NCBI GenBank assembly: GCA_963727455.1 | Contig: CAVSGG010000009.1 | Span: 64,001-128,000 of the forward strand | DNA length: 64,000 bases | Direction of reading: 5' to 3' | DNA from: Candidatus Krumholzibacteriota bacterium | GTDB taxonomy: Bacteria; Krumholzibacteriota; Krumholzibacteriia; JAJRXK01 | In this document: positions 9,283 through 18,144 of the stretch, one piece after another | How positions within the stretch are numbered: position 1 is the first letter of the stretch | Layout of the letters: the number at the start of each line of letters is the position of its first letter | Position numbers and translations under genes: made by a program | Notes under the pieces: model-generated | The model's input: the letters and a program-made list of their open reading frames with translations, nothing else | What the model was told of the DNA's origin: nothing | Databases searched by the model: none

Positions 9283-9624
9283 GTGGCATTCATCCAGATC
9301 AGACGGAACTTGCTCGCACTGTCCCTCGTCTTGGCCGCCTGCGCCAGCCAACAGCAAAGCTTCAGCTTGCAACAACTCGAGGGTAGCTGGTGGTCGGACC
9401 CGGATTCTCCCACCGCCGCCTTCGCCATCCACGACGGACAAATTTGGCTCGATTCGAACAGTCAGTTCCACGCACTGAAGCTCGAGCGAGGCTCCGTGCT
9501 CGTGTATGACCCCGGGTTCGGGGAAATCCGACGCACCATCGTCGAGTGCTCGCGCCGGCGGCTCGTACTCGAAGACGAGCGAGGCGCCAAGACTACTTAC
9601 ATTCGGCGCGCGTCGATACCCTAG
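9283..9624 (+). CDS. Hypothetical lipoprotein
   Basis: GTG with upstream GGGAG; RRNLLALSLVLAAC lipobox; lipocalin-like LEGSW. Confidence 0.6.
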   Translation: MAFIQIRRNLLALSLVLAACASQQQSFSLQQLEGSWWSDPDSPTAAFAIHDGQIWLDSNSQFHALKLERGSVLVYDPGFGEIRRTIVECSRRRLVLEDERGAKTTYIRRASIP

Positions 9625-9787
9625 CCCAATGCGAGCCGGAGGCCATGGCACAGCGGAGCTCGGGGCTCTGAGAGGCTGCAAGCCGCCTCGGGGCCCTGGC
9701 GCGCGCGAGCCCCTTCGACTCGCCCCATTCCCCTCACGGCGCTATTCTCTCTGAGTCGTCTCGCCGAATCGATTCATGGAGGGAAGC

Positions 9788-10042
9788 ATGATTGCCACCG
9801 ACGCACTCCAGACCATTCCGAGCGTGGGACCCAGTATCGCGGCCGAGCTGCGTTCTCTCGGCTATGAGCAGGTGGAAGACCTGCGCGATGAGAGCCCCGA
9901 GGAGATGTTCGCCACGCTCTGCGAGCTGCGCGGGGAGAAGATCGATCGCTGCGTGCTCTACACCTTTCGCTGCGCGGTCTACTTCGCGAGCAACAGCCGA
10001 CACGAACCGCAATTACTCAAATGGTGGAACTGGAAGGACTGA
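9788..10042 (+). CDS. Helix-hairpin-helix protein (Cdd1/pathogenicity-locus family)
   Basis: LQTIPSVGPSIAAEL...DRCVLYTFRCAVYFA...LLKWWNWKD. Confidence 0.85.
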   Translation: MIATDALQTIPSVGPSIAAELRSLGYEQVEDLRDESPEEMFATLCELRGEKIDRCVLYTFRCAVYFASNSRHEPQLLKWWNWKD

Positions 10043-10120
10043 GCTCGTGGCTCGCGAGAGCACTCAGCCGTCAGGAACTCGATGAGCTCAAGCCCACCGC
10101 AATCTGCAGAAAGGAAGGCC

Positions 10121-10840
10121 ATGCAGCGGATGAGCCTCGCCGTCCTACTCCTCATCAGCATGATGCTCGGCGCGCAAGCGACGATTTACGCGGCCGAGCC
10201 CAGCTCAGCGCAAAGCTCCCCGACAAACGGGAACTGGCAGAGTGAGTTTCAGCTCGACCAGCGCGCCTTCGTCACCCGGGGCGCCAACCGCTACTTCGCC
10301 CTGATCCCCCATTTCTGCCTCGTGCTCGAAGCTCCCGGCGCCAAACTGACGATCACGGTGCTCGACGATACGCTCTCGATCGACGGCGTGATGACCCGGG
10401 TTGTCGAAGAACGCGAATGGGAAGAGGGCGAGCTCAGCGAGGTGTCGCGAAACTACTATGCGATGGACCGCGCGACCCGAGACATCTTCTACTTCGGCGA
10501 GGACGTGATCATTTATGAGGACGGCAAGCCACAGCCGGGCAAGGATTCCTGGCACGCCGGTGAGAAGGATGCGCGCGCGGGCCTCATGATGCCTGGAACT
10601 CCGAAGCTGGGCTTGAAGTACTATCAGGAACTCGCCCCAAGAGTCGCGCTCGATCGCGCGGAGGTCACTTCACTCGACGACACCCTGAAAACCCCGGCCG
10701 GAAGCTACCAGAACTGTCTACGCATCCGTGAGGGCTCAGGCCTGAACCCCGAGGAACACGAATTCAAGACCTACGCTCCGGATATTGGACTGGTGCAGGA
10801 CGAGAACCTGCTCCTCACCCGCTACGGATTCAGTAAATGA
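10121..10840 (+). CDS. Conserved secreted hypothetical protein
   Basis: Signal peptide; TRVVEEREWEEGELSEVSRNYYA, YFGEDV, KTPAGSY, KTYAPDIGLV. Confidence 0.75.
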   Translation: MQRMSLAVLLLISMMLGAQATIYAAEPSSAQSSPTNGNWQSEFQLDQRAFVTRGANRYFALIPHFCLVLEAPGAKLTITVLDDTLSIDGVMTRVVEEREWEEGELSEVSRNYYAMDRATRDIFYFGEDVIIYEDGKPQPGKDSWHAGEKDARAGLMMPGTPKLGLKYYQELAPRVALDRAEVTSLDDTLKTPAGSYQNCLRIREGSGLNPEEHEFKTYAPDIGLVQDENLLLTRYGFSK

Positions 10841-10859
10841 TGAAGAAACGGTGATACCG

Positions 10860-11576
10860 ATGAAGAGGCAGCACAAGCTTTCCCGGAAGATCCAGGCGAG
10901 AAACTGTGCCATTTGTGGCAACTCCTTCCCTCCGCACATGCTCGTCCCGGGAGAATTGATCCGACCGGAGATCGCGCAGGAAATTCAAAAGATCAACCCC
11001 GAGTGGTCCAACGAAAGCTCCATCTGCCGCGAGGACCTGAGCAAAGTTCGCGGGAACTATGTTCATTCCCTGCTGGAATCGGAGAAAGGGGAACTCTCCG
11101 GCCTGGAACACGAAGTGTTGCGAAGCCTAAGGGAGCATGAGCTCTTGTCTTCGAACGTCGATGCGGAATTCGAGCAAGAGTGGTCCTACGGTGAACGACT
11201 CGCCGACAAGATCGCGAGCTTTGGCGGGAGTTGGGCGTTCTTGATCTGTTTCGGCGTCTTCCTTGTGCTTTGGATCGGCATGAATTCCCTGGTCTTGCTT
11301 TGGCGTCCGCCCGACCCCTATCCCTACATATTTTTGAACCTCGTACTTTCCTGCCTCGCCGCGGTACAGGCTCCGATCATCATGATGAGCCAGAATCGCC
11401 AAGAAGCTAAGGACCGGGTGCGGTCGCAACATGACTATCAGGTGAATCTGAAAGCCGAACTCGAGATTCGGCATCTCCATGAAAAAGTCGATCACCTCAT
11501 CTCCCATCAGTGGCAACGACTGGTGGAGATCCAAGAACTCCAACTCGAGCTTCTCACGGATCTCGAGAACAAGTGA
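10860..11576 (+). CDS. DUF1003 family membrane protein
   Basis: GERLADKIASFGGSW, DPYPYIFLNLVLSCLAAVQAPIIMMSQNRQ, NLKAELEI. Confidence 0.9.
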   Translation: MKRQHKLSRKIQARNCAICGNSFPPHMLVPGELIRPEIAQEIQKINPEWSNESSICREDLSKVRGNYVHSLLESEKGELSGLEHEVLRSLREHELLSSNVDAEFEQEWSYGERLADKIASFGGSWAFLICFGVFLVLWIGMNSLVLLWRPPDPYPYIFLNLVLSCLAAVQAPIIMMSQNRQEAKDRVRSQHDYQVNLKAELEIRHLHEKVDHLISHQWQRLVEIQELQLELLTDLENK

Positions 11577-11646
11577 TTCCCCAGGATGTGCCTCGGCTTC
11601 CCGATCCCCCGCCTGGGACCGCGGCAAACTCATGAAAGGATGAGCC

Positions 11647-11952
11647 ATGCGCATGCTTCTCCATGTCCGCATTCCCAACGAGTCTTTCAACGATGCGGTC
11701 AGAGATGGTACTGTCGGTCAAAAGATCCAGAAAGTTCTCGAAGAGATCAAACCGGAGGCCGTGTACTTCACGGAGTACGAGGGCTATCGGGGTGCACTGC
11801 TGATCATCGATGTGAGTGACCCGGCCCAGGTCCCTCACTACGCGGAACCGTTCTACCTTTTGTTCGACGCCGAATGCGAATTCAGAGTGGTGATGACGCC
11901 AGAGGACCTCGGCCGCGCCGGTCTGGAGTCGATGGGAGAAAAGTGGCGCTAG
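11647..11952 (+). CDS. Small conserved hypothetical protein (GYD/DUF3303-like)
   Basis: SD-led 101-aa ORF; KPEAVYFTEYEGYRG...AEPFYL...VMTPEDL. Confidence 0.75.
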   Translation: MRMLLHVRIPNESFNDAVRDGTVGQKIQKVLEEIKPEAVYFTEYEGYRGALLIIDVSDPAQVPHYAEPFYLLFDAECEFRVVMTPEDLGRAGLESMGEKWR

Positions 11953-11974
11953 GCACAAGCCACGGCGAAGGACG

Positions 11975-12844
11975 ATGACTTCAGATTTGACACTCGCAAC
12001 TGCCTACTGGGATGACCCAGCATCTCGCGCGGCCTTCAAGCGTTTCATGCTCGAGATCTTCGGTTTGGATTTCTCCGAGTGGGAGTCCGCTGGCTACTGG
12101 GACGCGAGCTACCGGCCCTTCTCCTACTTTCGCAAGGGTGAGGTCGTGGCCAACGTCTGCGTGTACCTCCTCGATGCGATCATCGACGGCAGGGAAACGC
12201 GTCTCGCCCAGATCTCAGCGGTCGGCACCCTCCCCCACTGGCGCGCCCAGGGATTGAACCGCCGTCTGCTGGAGGCAGGACTGGAGTGGGCGCGCGGCAA
12301 ACACGAGGGAGTCTTCCTCTTCGGCACCGAGGGGGCCATTCCTTTCTACGAGCGCTGCGGATTCAGGGCCCATCCGGAGTTCATCGAGCAGATGCCTTCC
12401 CCGGGGACCGCGCGTCGCCCCGGATTGCGCAAACTCGACTGCACGCGCTTGGAGGATCGCGAGACGATCTACGAGTGTGCCCGGCGGCGCGCGCCGATCT
12501 CGCGCCGCTTCGCCGTTCTGAATGCGAAGCTGCTCATGTTCCATGCCCTGCACGCTCTGCGAGATCACGTCTACGAAATTCCCGAGCTGGAGTGCGTCGT
12601 GTTCTACAAGCGGGAGAAGAGGTGTCTCCAAGTTCTGGACCTCGTGGCAGCGCGAGTTTTGACCCTGGACCAGCTCTACCCCTACCTCGCTGCGGAAGAC
12701 GACCAGCTGGTCGAATTCCACTTCAGCAGCGACAGGATGGGAGTGGAAGGAACGCGCCTGGTGCCATGGCCTCAGGACAACTGCTTCGTCAAGGGGAGCT
12801 TCCCTTTGGAGAGGCCCGTCTTTCCCTTTACCGCCAAGGCCTGA
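11975..12844 (+). CDS. GNAT family N-acetyltransferase
   Basis: ISAVGTLPHWRAQGL (motif A) and PFYERCGF (motif B). Confidence 0.88.
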   Translation: MTSDLTLATAYWDDPASRAAFKRFMLEIFGLDFSEWESAGYWDASYRPFSYFRKGEVVANVCVYLLDAIIDGRETRLAQISAVGTLPHWRAQGLNRRLLEAGLEWARGKHEGVFLFGTEGAIPFYERCGFRAHPEFIEQMPSPGTARRPGLRKLDCTRLEDRETIYECARRRAPISRRFAVLNAKLLMFHALHALRDHVYEIPELECVVFYKREKRCLQVLDLVAARVLTLDQLYPYLAAEDDQLVEFHFSSDRMGVEGTRLVPWPQDNCFVKGSFPLERPVFPFTAKA

Positions 12845-12910
12845 ACGAACCGCCTTTCCCTTTACCGCCAAGGCCTGAACGAACCGCCTTTTCCCTCGCT
12901 GCCAAAGCCC
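12821..12910. repeat. 34-bp perfect tandem duplication of the GNAT gene 3' end plus degenerate third copy
   Basis: TTTCCCTTTACCGCCAAGGCCTGAACGAACCGCC at 12821 and 12855. Confidence 0.92.
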
Positions 12911-12997
12911 GCGAAACCGAAATGCGGTGAAAACTGTTCCCATCGCGGCGCGATGGTGTAGCTTCGATCTCACCGAACCCAAGCCAGGAGGCGCAGG

Positions 12998-13459
12998 ATG
13001 GACATGCCGCAGCTCAGCCCCGGTCACAAACGCTTTCAAGAACTCGCCGGAAAGTGGGAAGGGAAGGAAACGATGTACCCTTCGCACTGGGATCCCAACG
13101 GCGGCACGTGCAAGGGCCGCAACATGAACACGGTGGCGTTAGGCGGTTTCGCGCTGGTCAGTGACTACGAGCAGCAGCGTGACGGCGTCGTCACCTTTCG
13201 CGGCCATGGTGTCTACACCTACGACCCGCAGACGGGGCTCTACTCGCTCTACTGGGTCGACTCCATCGGCTCTCACCCCGAACTGTTCACCGGAAACTTC
13301 GAGGGGAAGGTGCTGACCCTCGGGCACGATCGTCAGCCCATGCAGGTTCGACTCGTCTACGATCTCTCCAAGCCCAATCTCATGGCCTCGAGCATGGAGA
13401 TGTCTCAGGACGGCGAGAAGTGGCAGAAGCTCTTCGACGCGGAGTACGCGAAGGCCTGA
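12998..13459 (+). CDS. DUF1579 family protein
   Basis: PGHKRFQELAGKWEG...LGGFALV...GHGVYTYDP...WVDSIG; SD AGGAGG. Confidence 0.8.
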   Translation: MDMPQLSPGHKRFQELAGKWEGKETMYPSHWDPNGGTCKGRNMNTVALGGFALVSDYEQQRDGVVTFRGHGVYTYDPQTGLYSLYWVDSIGSHPELFTGNFEGKVLTLGHDRQPMQVRLVYDLSKPNLMASSMEMSQDGEKWQKLFDAEYAKA

Positions 13460-13477
13460 GTGCGCGGCCGATCGCTC

Positions 13478-14782
13478 CTAGCGCCAGTTCAGGAGCAGCG
13501 TCTTCTGGATCTGGTCGCGCCAGTCGGGATCGACACCGGCCTCATCCGCGTAGTTGCGCCAGCGCGAGAAAACCGCCACGACCTCGTCCAGAATCGTCTC
13601 GGCGCGCCCGCGTTTCATGGAGGCGGTCCTGGCGCATTCCTTGAAATCCTCGCGGCTGAATTCCTCGCGCTTACCGTTCAGGCTCATCTGGTGGCGGGCG
13701 GTCCAGCGGCCCGAGGGATTGAAGCTGTAGGTCATGTCGAAGGCCGGAGAGAGCGACCACTGCCCGGAGCGATCCATGAGGAATGCGATGTTCTTGACGT
13801 GGTCGTCCTGATTGCGTCCCACGATGTTGAAGGCCATGCGGCGGAACTGCTCTTCGATGCTGCTCATGGATAGCTCGAGCTGCCGCATCACCATCAGAGC
13901 TTGTTCGTAGGAATACGCTCCCGCCAGGTGGTAGTCGAAGTGCGCCATGGCCCCGAGGGATTGCATGTGCAGCTTCTCCCCTCCCCGCAGGCGATCGAAA
14001 CGCCGCATCATGAAGTGCCGCCGGCCGTTTTCCTCGAAAAGCCGGCAGTCGTTGATGGCGATGCCGCAGTCACGGGCCATCTGTGAATAGGCATATTCGA
14101 TCGCGCCGTATCCTTGTGGATCCTCCAGCTCCCGGTCCTTGTTTCCCTTCACTCCATCGAATTTCAGTATCCAGTATTCGAACTCGTCCTCGGCCGGTAC
14201 CTGCCCCGAGCGAACCTCGTTGGTACGGGGATTCCACGCGATCACTGCCTTGGCGCGCGCCCCCCCGGCGGAGGTGCCCACCCTCAAGATGTCCCCCAAC
14301 GCCCGTCCCTTGCTCTCTTCGGCGAAGGAAACGCTGAGTTCGCTGCGGTGGCTCAGGATCTCCGATGCCAACTCGACCAACTTGTCGATCTCGATCTGCT
14401 TGGCGCTCTTGGCCCGAGGTCCCAGAGATGGATGGAATTCCAGCGCTCCCATGCCGCGGCTTCCCGTGTAGCAGAGGCGCTCGATGGCATTGAAGGAGTC
14501 GGGGGTGCGTCCCTGACTGGCCAACCAGGCGTCGATGAGTGCATTCCCGAATCGGTCGGGAAGCGAGTCGGCCAAGAGTCCCGGCAGCCCGTGGAAGGAG
14601 ACCCGCGACAACTCCGGGAAGGAGTACACGCGTCGGGAGAGGGGCATGGTCAGCGGAGCGACTTCGATCCCGCTCTGCGCGAAACGCGGTTCGTATTCGA
14701 AACTCGCAACCTCGCTGTCTTCGCTCAAGGAGACGGCGCCGATGGTGGAGCCCCAGAGTTTGACCTCGGCCACGCGATTCAT
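13478..14782 (-). CDS. hipA: HipA family serine/threonine kinase toxin
   Basis: N-terminal Couple_hipA-like region LLADSLPDRFG, P-loop GTSAGGARAK, WILKFD, RNQDDHVKNIAF, LSPAFD. Confidence 0.95.
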   Translation of the reverse strand: MNRVAEVKLWGSTIGAVSLSEDSEVASFEYEPRFAQSGIEVAPLTMPLSRRVYSFPELSRVSFHGLPGLLADSLPDRFGNALIDAWLASQGRTPDSFNAIERLCYTGSRGMGALEFHPSLGPRAKSAKQIEIDKLVELASEILSHRSELSVSFAEESKGRALGDILRVGTSAGGARAKAVIAWNPRTNEVRSGQVPAEDEFEYWILKFDGVKGNKDRELEDPQGYGAIEYAYSQMARDCGIAINDCRLFEENGRRHFMMRRFDRLRGGEKLHMQSLGAMAHFDYHLAGAYSYEQALMVMRQLELSMSSIEEQFRRMAFNIVGRNQDDHVKNIAFLMDRSGQWSLSPAFDMTYSFNPSGRWTARHQMSLNGKREEFSREDFKECARTASMKRGRAETILDEVVAVFSRWRNYADEAGVDPDWRDQIQKTLLLNWR

Positions 14783-15153
14783 TGCTCGTCCTCCCAGGTC
14801 CAGCTGGAGGACTTTTTCTTGGATTTCTTGGGAGAGTCTTTGCTGGATTTCTCGCGACTGGACGCGCGCTGCCGCCGTTTCCCCTGTCGCCGCAGAAGCT
14901 CCATCGGACGCGGAACGAGTTCGGGCAGAACCAGATCGAGGCGGGGAAGCAACTCGAGTACGCGCAGCATCCGCACCAGGCTGGAAAGCTGGCCCGACTC
15001 TCCGTTCTCGATGCGCTCCACCGTTCTCTTGCCCAGACCGGCCCGCTCGGCGAGTGCCGCTTGGGTCAGCCCCAAGTCGATTCTGCGCCGCGCGAGCCGC
15101 TGTCCCAGCTCTTCCAGAATGGCTGCGTCCGGTGCTTCATCGTAAAAACTCAT
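14779..15153 (-). CDS. XRE/HipB-like HTH antitoxin
   Basis: LTQAALAERAGLGKRTVERIENG; ATGA overlap with hipA. Confidence 0.9.
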   Translation of the reverse strand: MSFYDEAPDAAILEELGQRLARRRIDLGLTQAALAERAGLGKRTVERIENGESGQLSSLVRMLRVLELLPRLDLVLPELVPRPMELLRRQGKRRQRASSREKSSKDSPKKSKKKSSSWTWEDEQ

Positions 15154-15259
15154 AGTCGTTACCTTTGACGACTTATTATATAAAATACGTTCTACTCGTC
15201 AAGTTTTACGAATTCAAGCTATGGAGAATTGCCTCATTAAGTCGTCATTTCCGACGATT
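15154..15259 (-). promoter_or_regulatory. hipBA promoter with three palindromic operators
   Basis: Minus strand TTGACG-N16-TATAAT; TCGT-N8-ACGA boxes at 15154-15173, 15194-15213 and 15240-15259. Confidence 0.8.
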
Positions 15260-15356
15260 TACATGGAAAAGTATGGGATCCGGCCACAGCTTCCTCCCGC
15301 CGAGCTCCCCCGAGCTTGCGCAGGCAGGCCCGAACGGTCCCTTTCTCCACACCTCG

Positions 15357-16754
15357 CTACCCTTCCTCGCGGGGAGCTTCCTGCCCCTCCTCCTGCGACT
15401 CGCTTCGTTCCAGAGCGCTCCCCTCGAAGACCGGGCGCCGCACCAGTCCGCCGTGGGGATGAATTCCCAGCGCGCGCAGCGCCCGCACACGAATCGAAGG
15501 TAGGCGCGGCGCGGGTGCGCGCGGCATGAAGCGTCCGGCGGTGAGCGCGGCCAAAAGTCGCGCTGCCGCGCTGATGGCAAACAGGCCGCGATAGTCGCCT
15601 CCGATCAAAGGAAGGAGCCATGCGGCGAGCACCCCGGCCCCGAGCTGCGCCCAACCCACGAGCAGACTGTGGGCGGCGAAGAGCGTGGGCCGCGTGCCGC
15701 GGGTACTGGATTCCAAAAGCAGAGTGAAGTAGCCCAGCTCGAAGGCCGACCAGCAGATGCCCGAAAACAGCTGGGCGAGCAGGATCACCATGAAGGTTCT
15801 GGCGAAGACCCACGGCAGCGGCACGATCGCGACCACGAAAAGGGCCAGGATCCAGATTCCCCGCGCGCCGTAGCGATCGATGGCGTCGCCCCAAGCGGAA
15901 GTCATCAGCGACTTGATGATGATCATCGCCACCGTCGCGATCATGTACTCCAGATAGCTGAAGCGTAAGCTCTCCAGCATGAATGCCCCGTAGTAGGGGG
16001 CGCTGGTATACACCGCGAAGTGGAAGAGAGCGACGAGTCCCAGCAGCCAGAAAGCGCGGGTGCCACGACCGCTGCGCAGGAATCTCCGCGCTTGCTCCGC
16101 TCGCGCCAGTCCAGCGAAACCCGGTTCGGAAGAGAGTGCGAGCAGGATGGCCGAGGCGATGCGAAAGAGCGCAGCGAGCAGGAACGCGAGCTCGAATCCC
16201 AAACCGCCGATCGCCGGCGAGCTGGCGCCCGCGGCGGCCGGTTCCAACCACTGCAGGATGAGTCCCCCGCACACCAGTCCCGCGCAGGTGCCGGCATACA
16301 CTCCTCGATTGCGCCGCCCGAAGTACCGTCCGCGAACTGCGGCCGGGACCAAATCACCGATCCAGGACGACCAGGCCGTGCCGGCCCCCTGCCCCATGAT
16401 CTGATACAGGCACACCATCAAGATCAAGCGCGCCGGTGTCGAGGCTCCGAAGTGTTCGACCACGCTCAGGGCCACCAACACCAGAGCTTGGGCCAGGGCG
16501 CTGAACATCACGAGCGGCTTGCGGCGAATGCGCCGGCCCAACAACGCGACGACGGTCCAGGGGCCGGCTCCGGCGAGAGCCAAGGGAAGGGTGATGGTCA
16601 GGGCGAGCTCGAGGGCGCTCGCGTGCAGTCGAACTGCATCGGCGATGAAGTAGGTTTCTCCCAGGCCCACCATCACCGCCCACGCTGTCCCCTCCCACAC
16701 GGACAGGCGCATCGTGCGTTCGACTTGTTCTTTCGTGAGAGTCATCGAGCTCAC
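15357..16754 (-). CDS. MFS transporter
   Basis: About 12 hydrophobic segments; WIGDLVPAAVRGRYFG and WGDAIDRYGAR motifs. Confidence 0.88.
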   Translation of the reverse strand: MSSMTLTKEQVERTMRLSVWEGTAWAVMVGLGETYFIADAVRLHASALELALTITLPLALAGAGPWTVVALLGRRIRRKPLVMFSALAQALVLVALSVVEHFGASTPARLILMVCLYQIMGQGAGTAWSSWIGDLVPAAVRGRYFGRRNRGVYAGTCAGLVCGGLILQWLEPAAAGASSPAIGGLGFELAFLLAALFRIASAILLALSSEPGFAGLARAEQARRFLRSGRGTRAFWLLGLVALFHFAVYTSAPYYGAFMLESLRFSYLEYMIATVAMIIIKSLMTSAWGDAIDRYGARGIWILALFVVAIVPLPWVFARTFMVILLAQLFSGICWSAFELGYFTLLLESSTRGTRPTLFAAHSLLVGWAQLGAGVLAAWLLPLIGGDYRGLFAISAAARLLAALTAGRFMPRAPAPRLPSIRVRALRALGIHPHGGLVRRPVFEGSALERSESQEEGQEAPREEG

Positions 16755-17633
16755 CTATCCCAAAGCTCCACCCCTATCACCGAAACCAGGATGAGCAAAG
16801 CGCCCATCTGTCCGATGAAGGGAAGCACTTCGCCCAGCATCAGGTAGGCGAAGAGGGTGGCGAACACCGGCTCCATGGAGAAGATGAGCGCGGTCCGTTG
16901 AGGAGTGGTCCGTCCCTGGTAGTTGGTCTGCAGCCAGGTGGTGCCTCCGGTGGCGAAGGTGGCAGTGAACAAGAGAGCCACCCAGGCCATTTTACTGAAG
17001 TGCACCGGACCGGGATGCGAGAGTGGTAGGAAGACGCCGGCGAGGGCAGCGATTCCCACGATCTGCACGAAGGCCAGCGCCGTCGAGTTGGGTTGCCGTC
17101 GTAAGTAAATTTGCAGCACGTGGATGTAGACGGCGTAAATCGCCGCGCAGGCCAGAACGAAGAGGTCCCCGCGCGTGATTCCACCGGCCCGCGGATTGGT
17201 GAGCAGAAAGAGACCCAGGGTGGCAGTGAGCGCGGCCAGAATTTCGATGCGTTTGGGACGGCCGCGCCCGGAAGACGGGAGAAAGAAGGGGGACCAGGAT
17301 GACGCTCAAACCGGTGATGAAGGCCGCTCGGCCCGCGCCGACGGTGGTCAGTCCCAGGGTCTGGGTGATGTAGCCGCCTCCAGCCAAGGCCCCCAAGATC
17401 AAGCCGGGCACTGCGGCGGCACGGAGGCCGCTCCTCGCCTTGGCATTGAAGAGGACCAGCGGCAAGAACACGAGGAGGGCCAGAGAGAAACGAAACCCGA
17501 CGAAAACCAGCGGCTCCAGGGTGCTCACTGCGGAACGAATGAGAGGGAAGGTGAGCCCCCAGAAGAGGGTCACGAGCAGCATGGCCAGATCGGCGCGGTG
17601 CTTGGAGTCAGAGAAGAGCGAGCGCAGGGCCAC
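16751..17633 (-). CDS. DMT/EamA transporter, frameshifted near 17270
   Basis: LFWGLTF, QTLGL..AGRAAFITGLSV in the first ORF; ALIFSMEPVFA in the second. Removing one C gives VFGRGRPKRIEILAA. Confidence 0.85.
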
Positions 17634-17637
17634 TCCT

Positions 17638-18144
17638 TCAGCGCGCCTCTTCGTGTGGCGCGATCGTTACCAGCGGAGCGTCGGGCAAGACCAGCTCCTC
17701 GGCTTCGGCGTGAATGGTCTCCACCGTTCCCGCGACCGTCGCGGGCAGCTCCACTTCCATCTTCATCGCCTCCACGCGCACCACCGCCTGTCCGACTTCG
17801 ACTTCCTGACCCTCCTCCACCAGCAAGGCCAGGACTTTGCCGGGCATGGGCGCGCGTACCACCGGGCTACCCACCGTGGCGTCGAGCTCGTCTTCGTCCT
17901 CTTCATCCAGAAGCTTGAAGCTCGAGACTCTGGCCCCCACCTGAACCCAGAGCTGGTGCCCGTTGCGCGCGTAACGCGCCCGCACCAGCTCGTCTCCCAC
18001 CCGCAAAAGGATTGCATTCTCGTCCAGCGCCGCGATCTCACACAGTAGGCTCTCGCCCTCTTCGAGCTCCAGGCGCAGGGACTGGCCTTCTGGTTGAAGG
18101 CGCACCGAGTGCCTCCTGCCCTTCTCTTGCAGATGCAGGTCCAT
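17638..18144 (-). CDS. Biotin carboxyl carrier subunit (BT linker + BCCP)
   Basis: VRAPMPGKV and EAMKME biotinylation motif. Confidence 0.92.
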   Translation of the reverse strand: MDLHLQEKGRRHSVRLQPEGQSLRLELEEGESLLCEIAALDENAILLRVGDELVRARYARNGHQLWVQVGARVSSFKLLDEEDEDELDATVGSPVVRAPMPGKVLALLVEEGQEVEVGQAVVRVEAMKMEVELPATVAGTVETIHAEAEELVLPDAPLVTIAPHEEAR

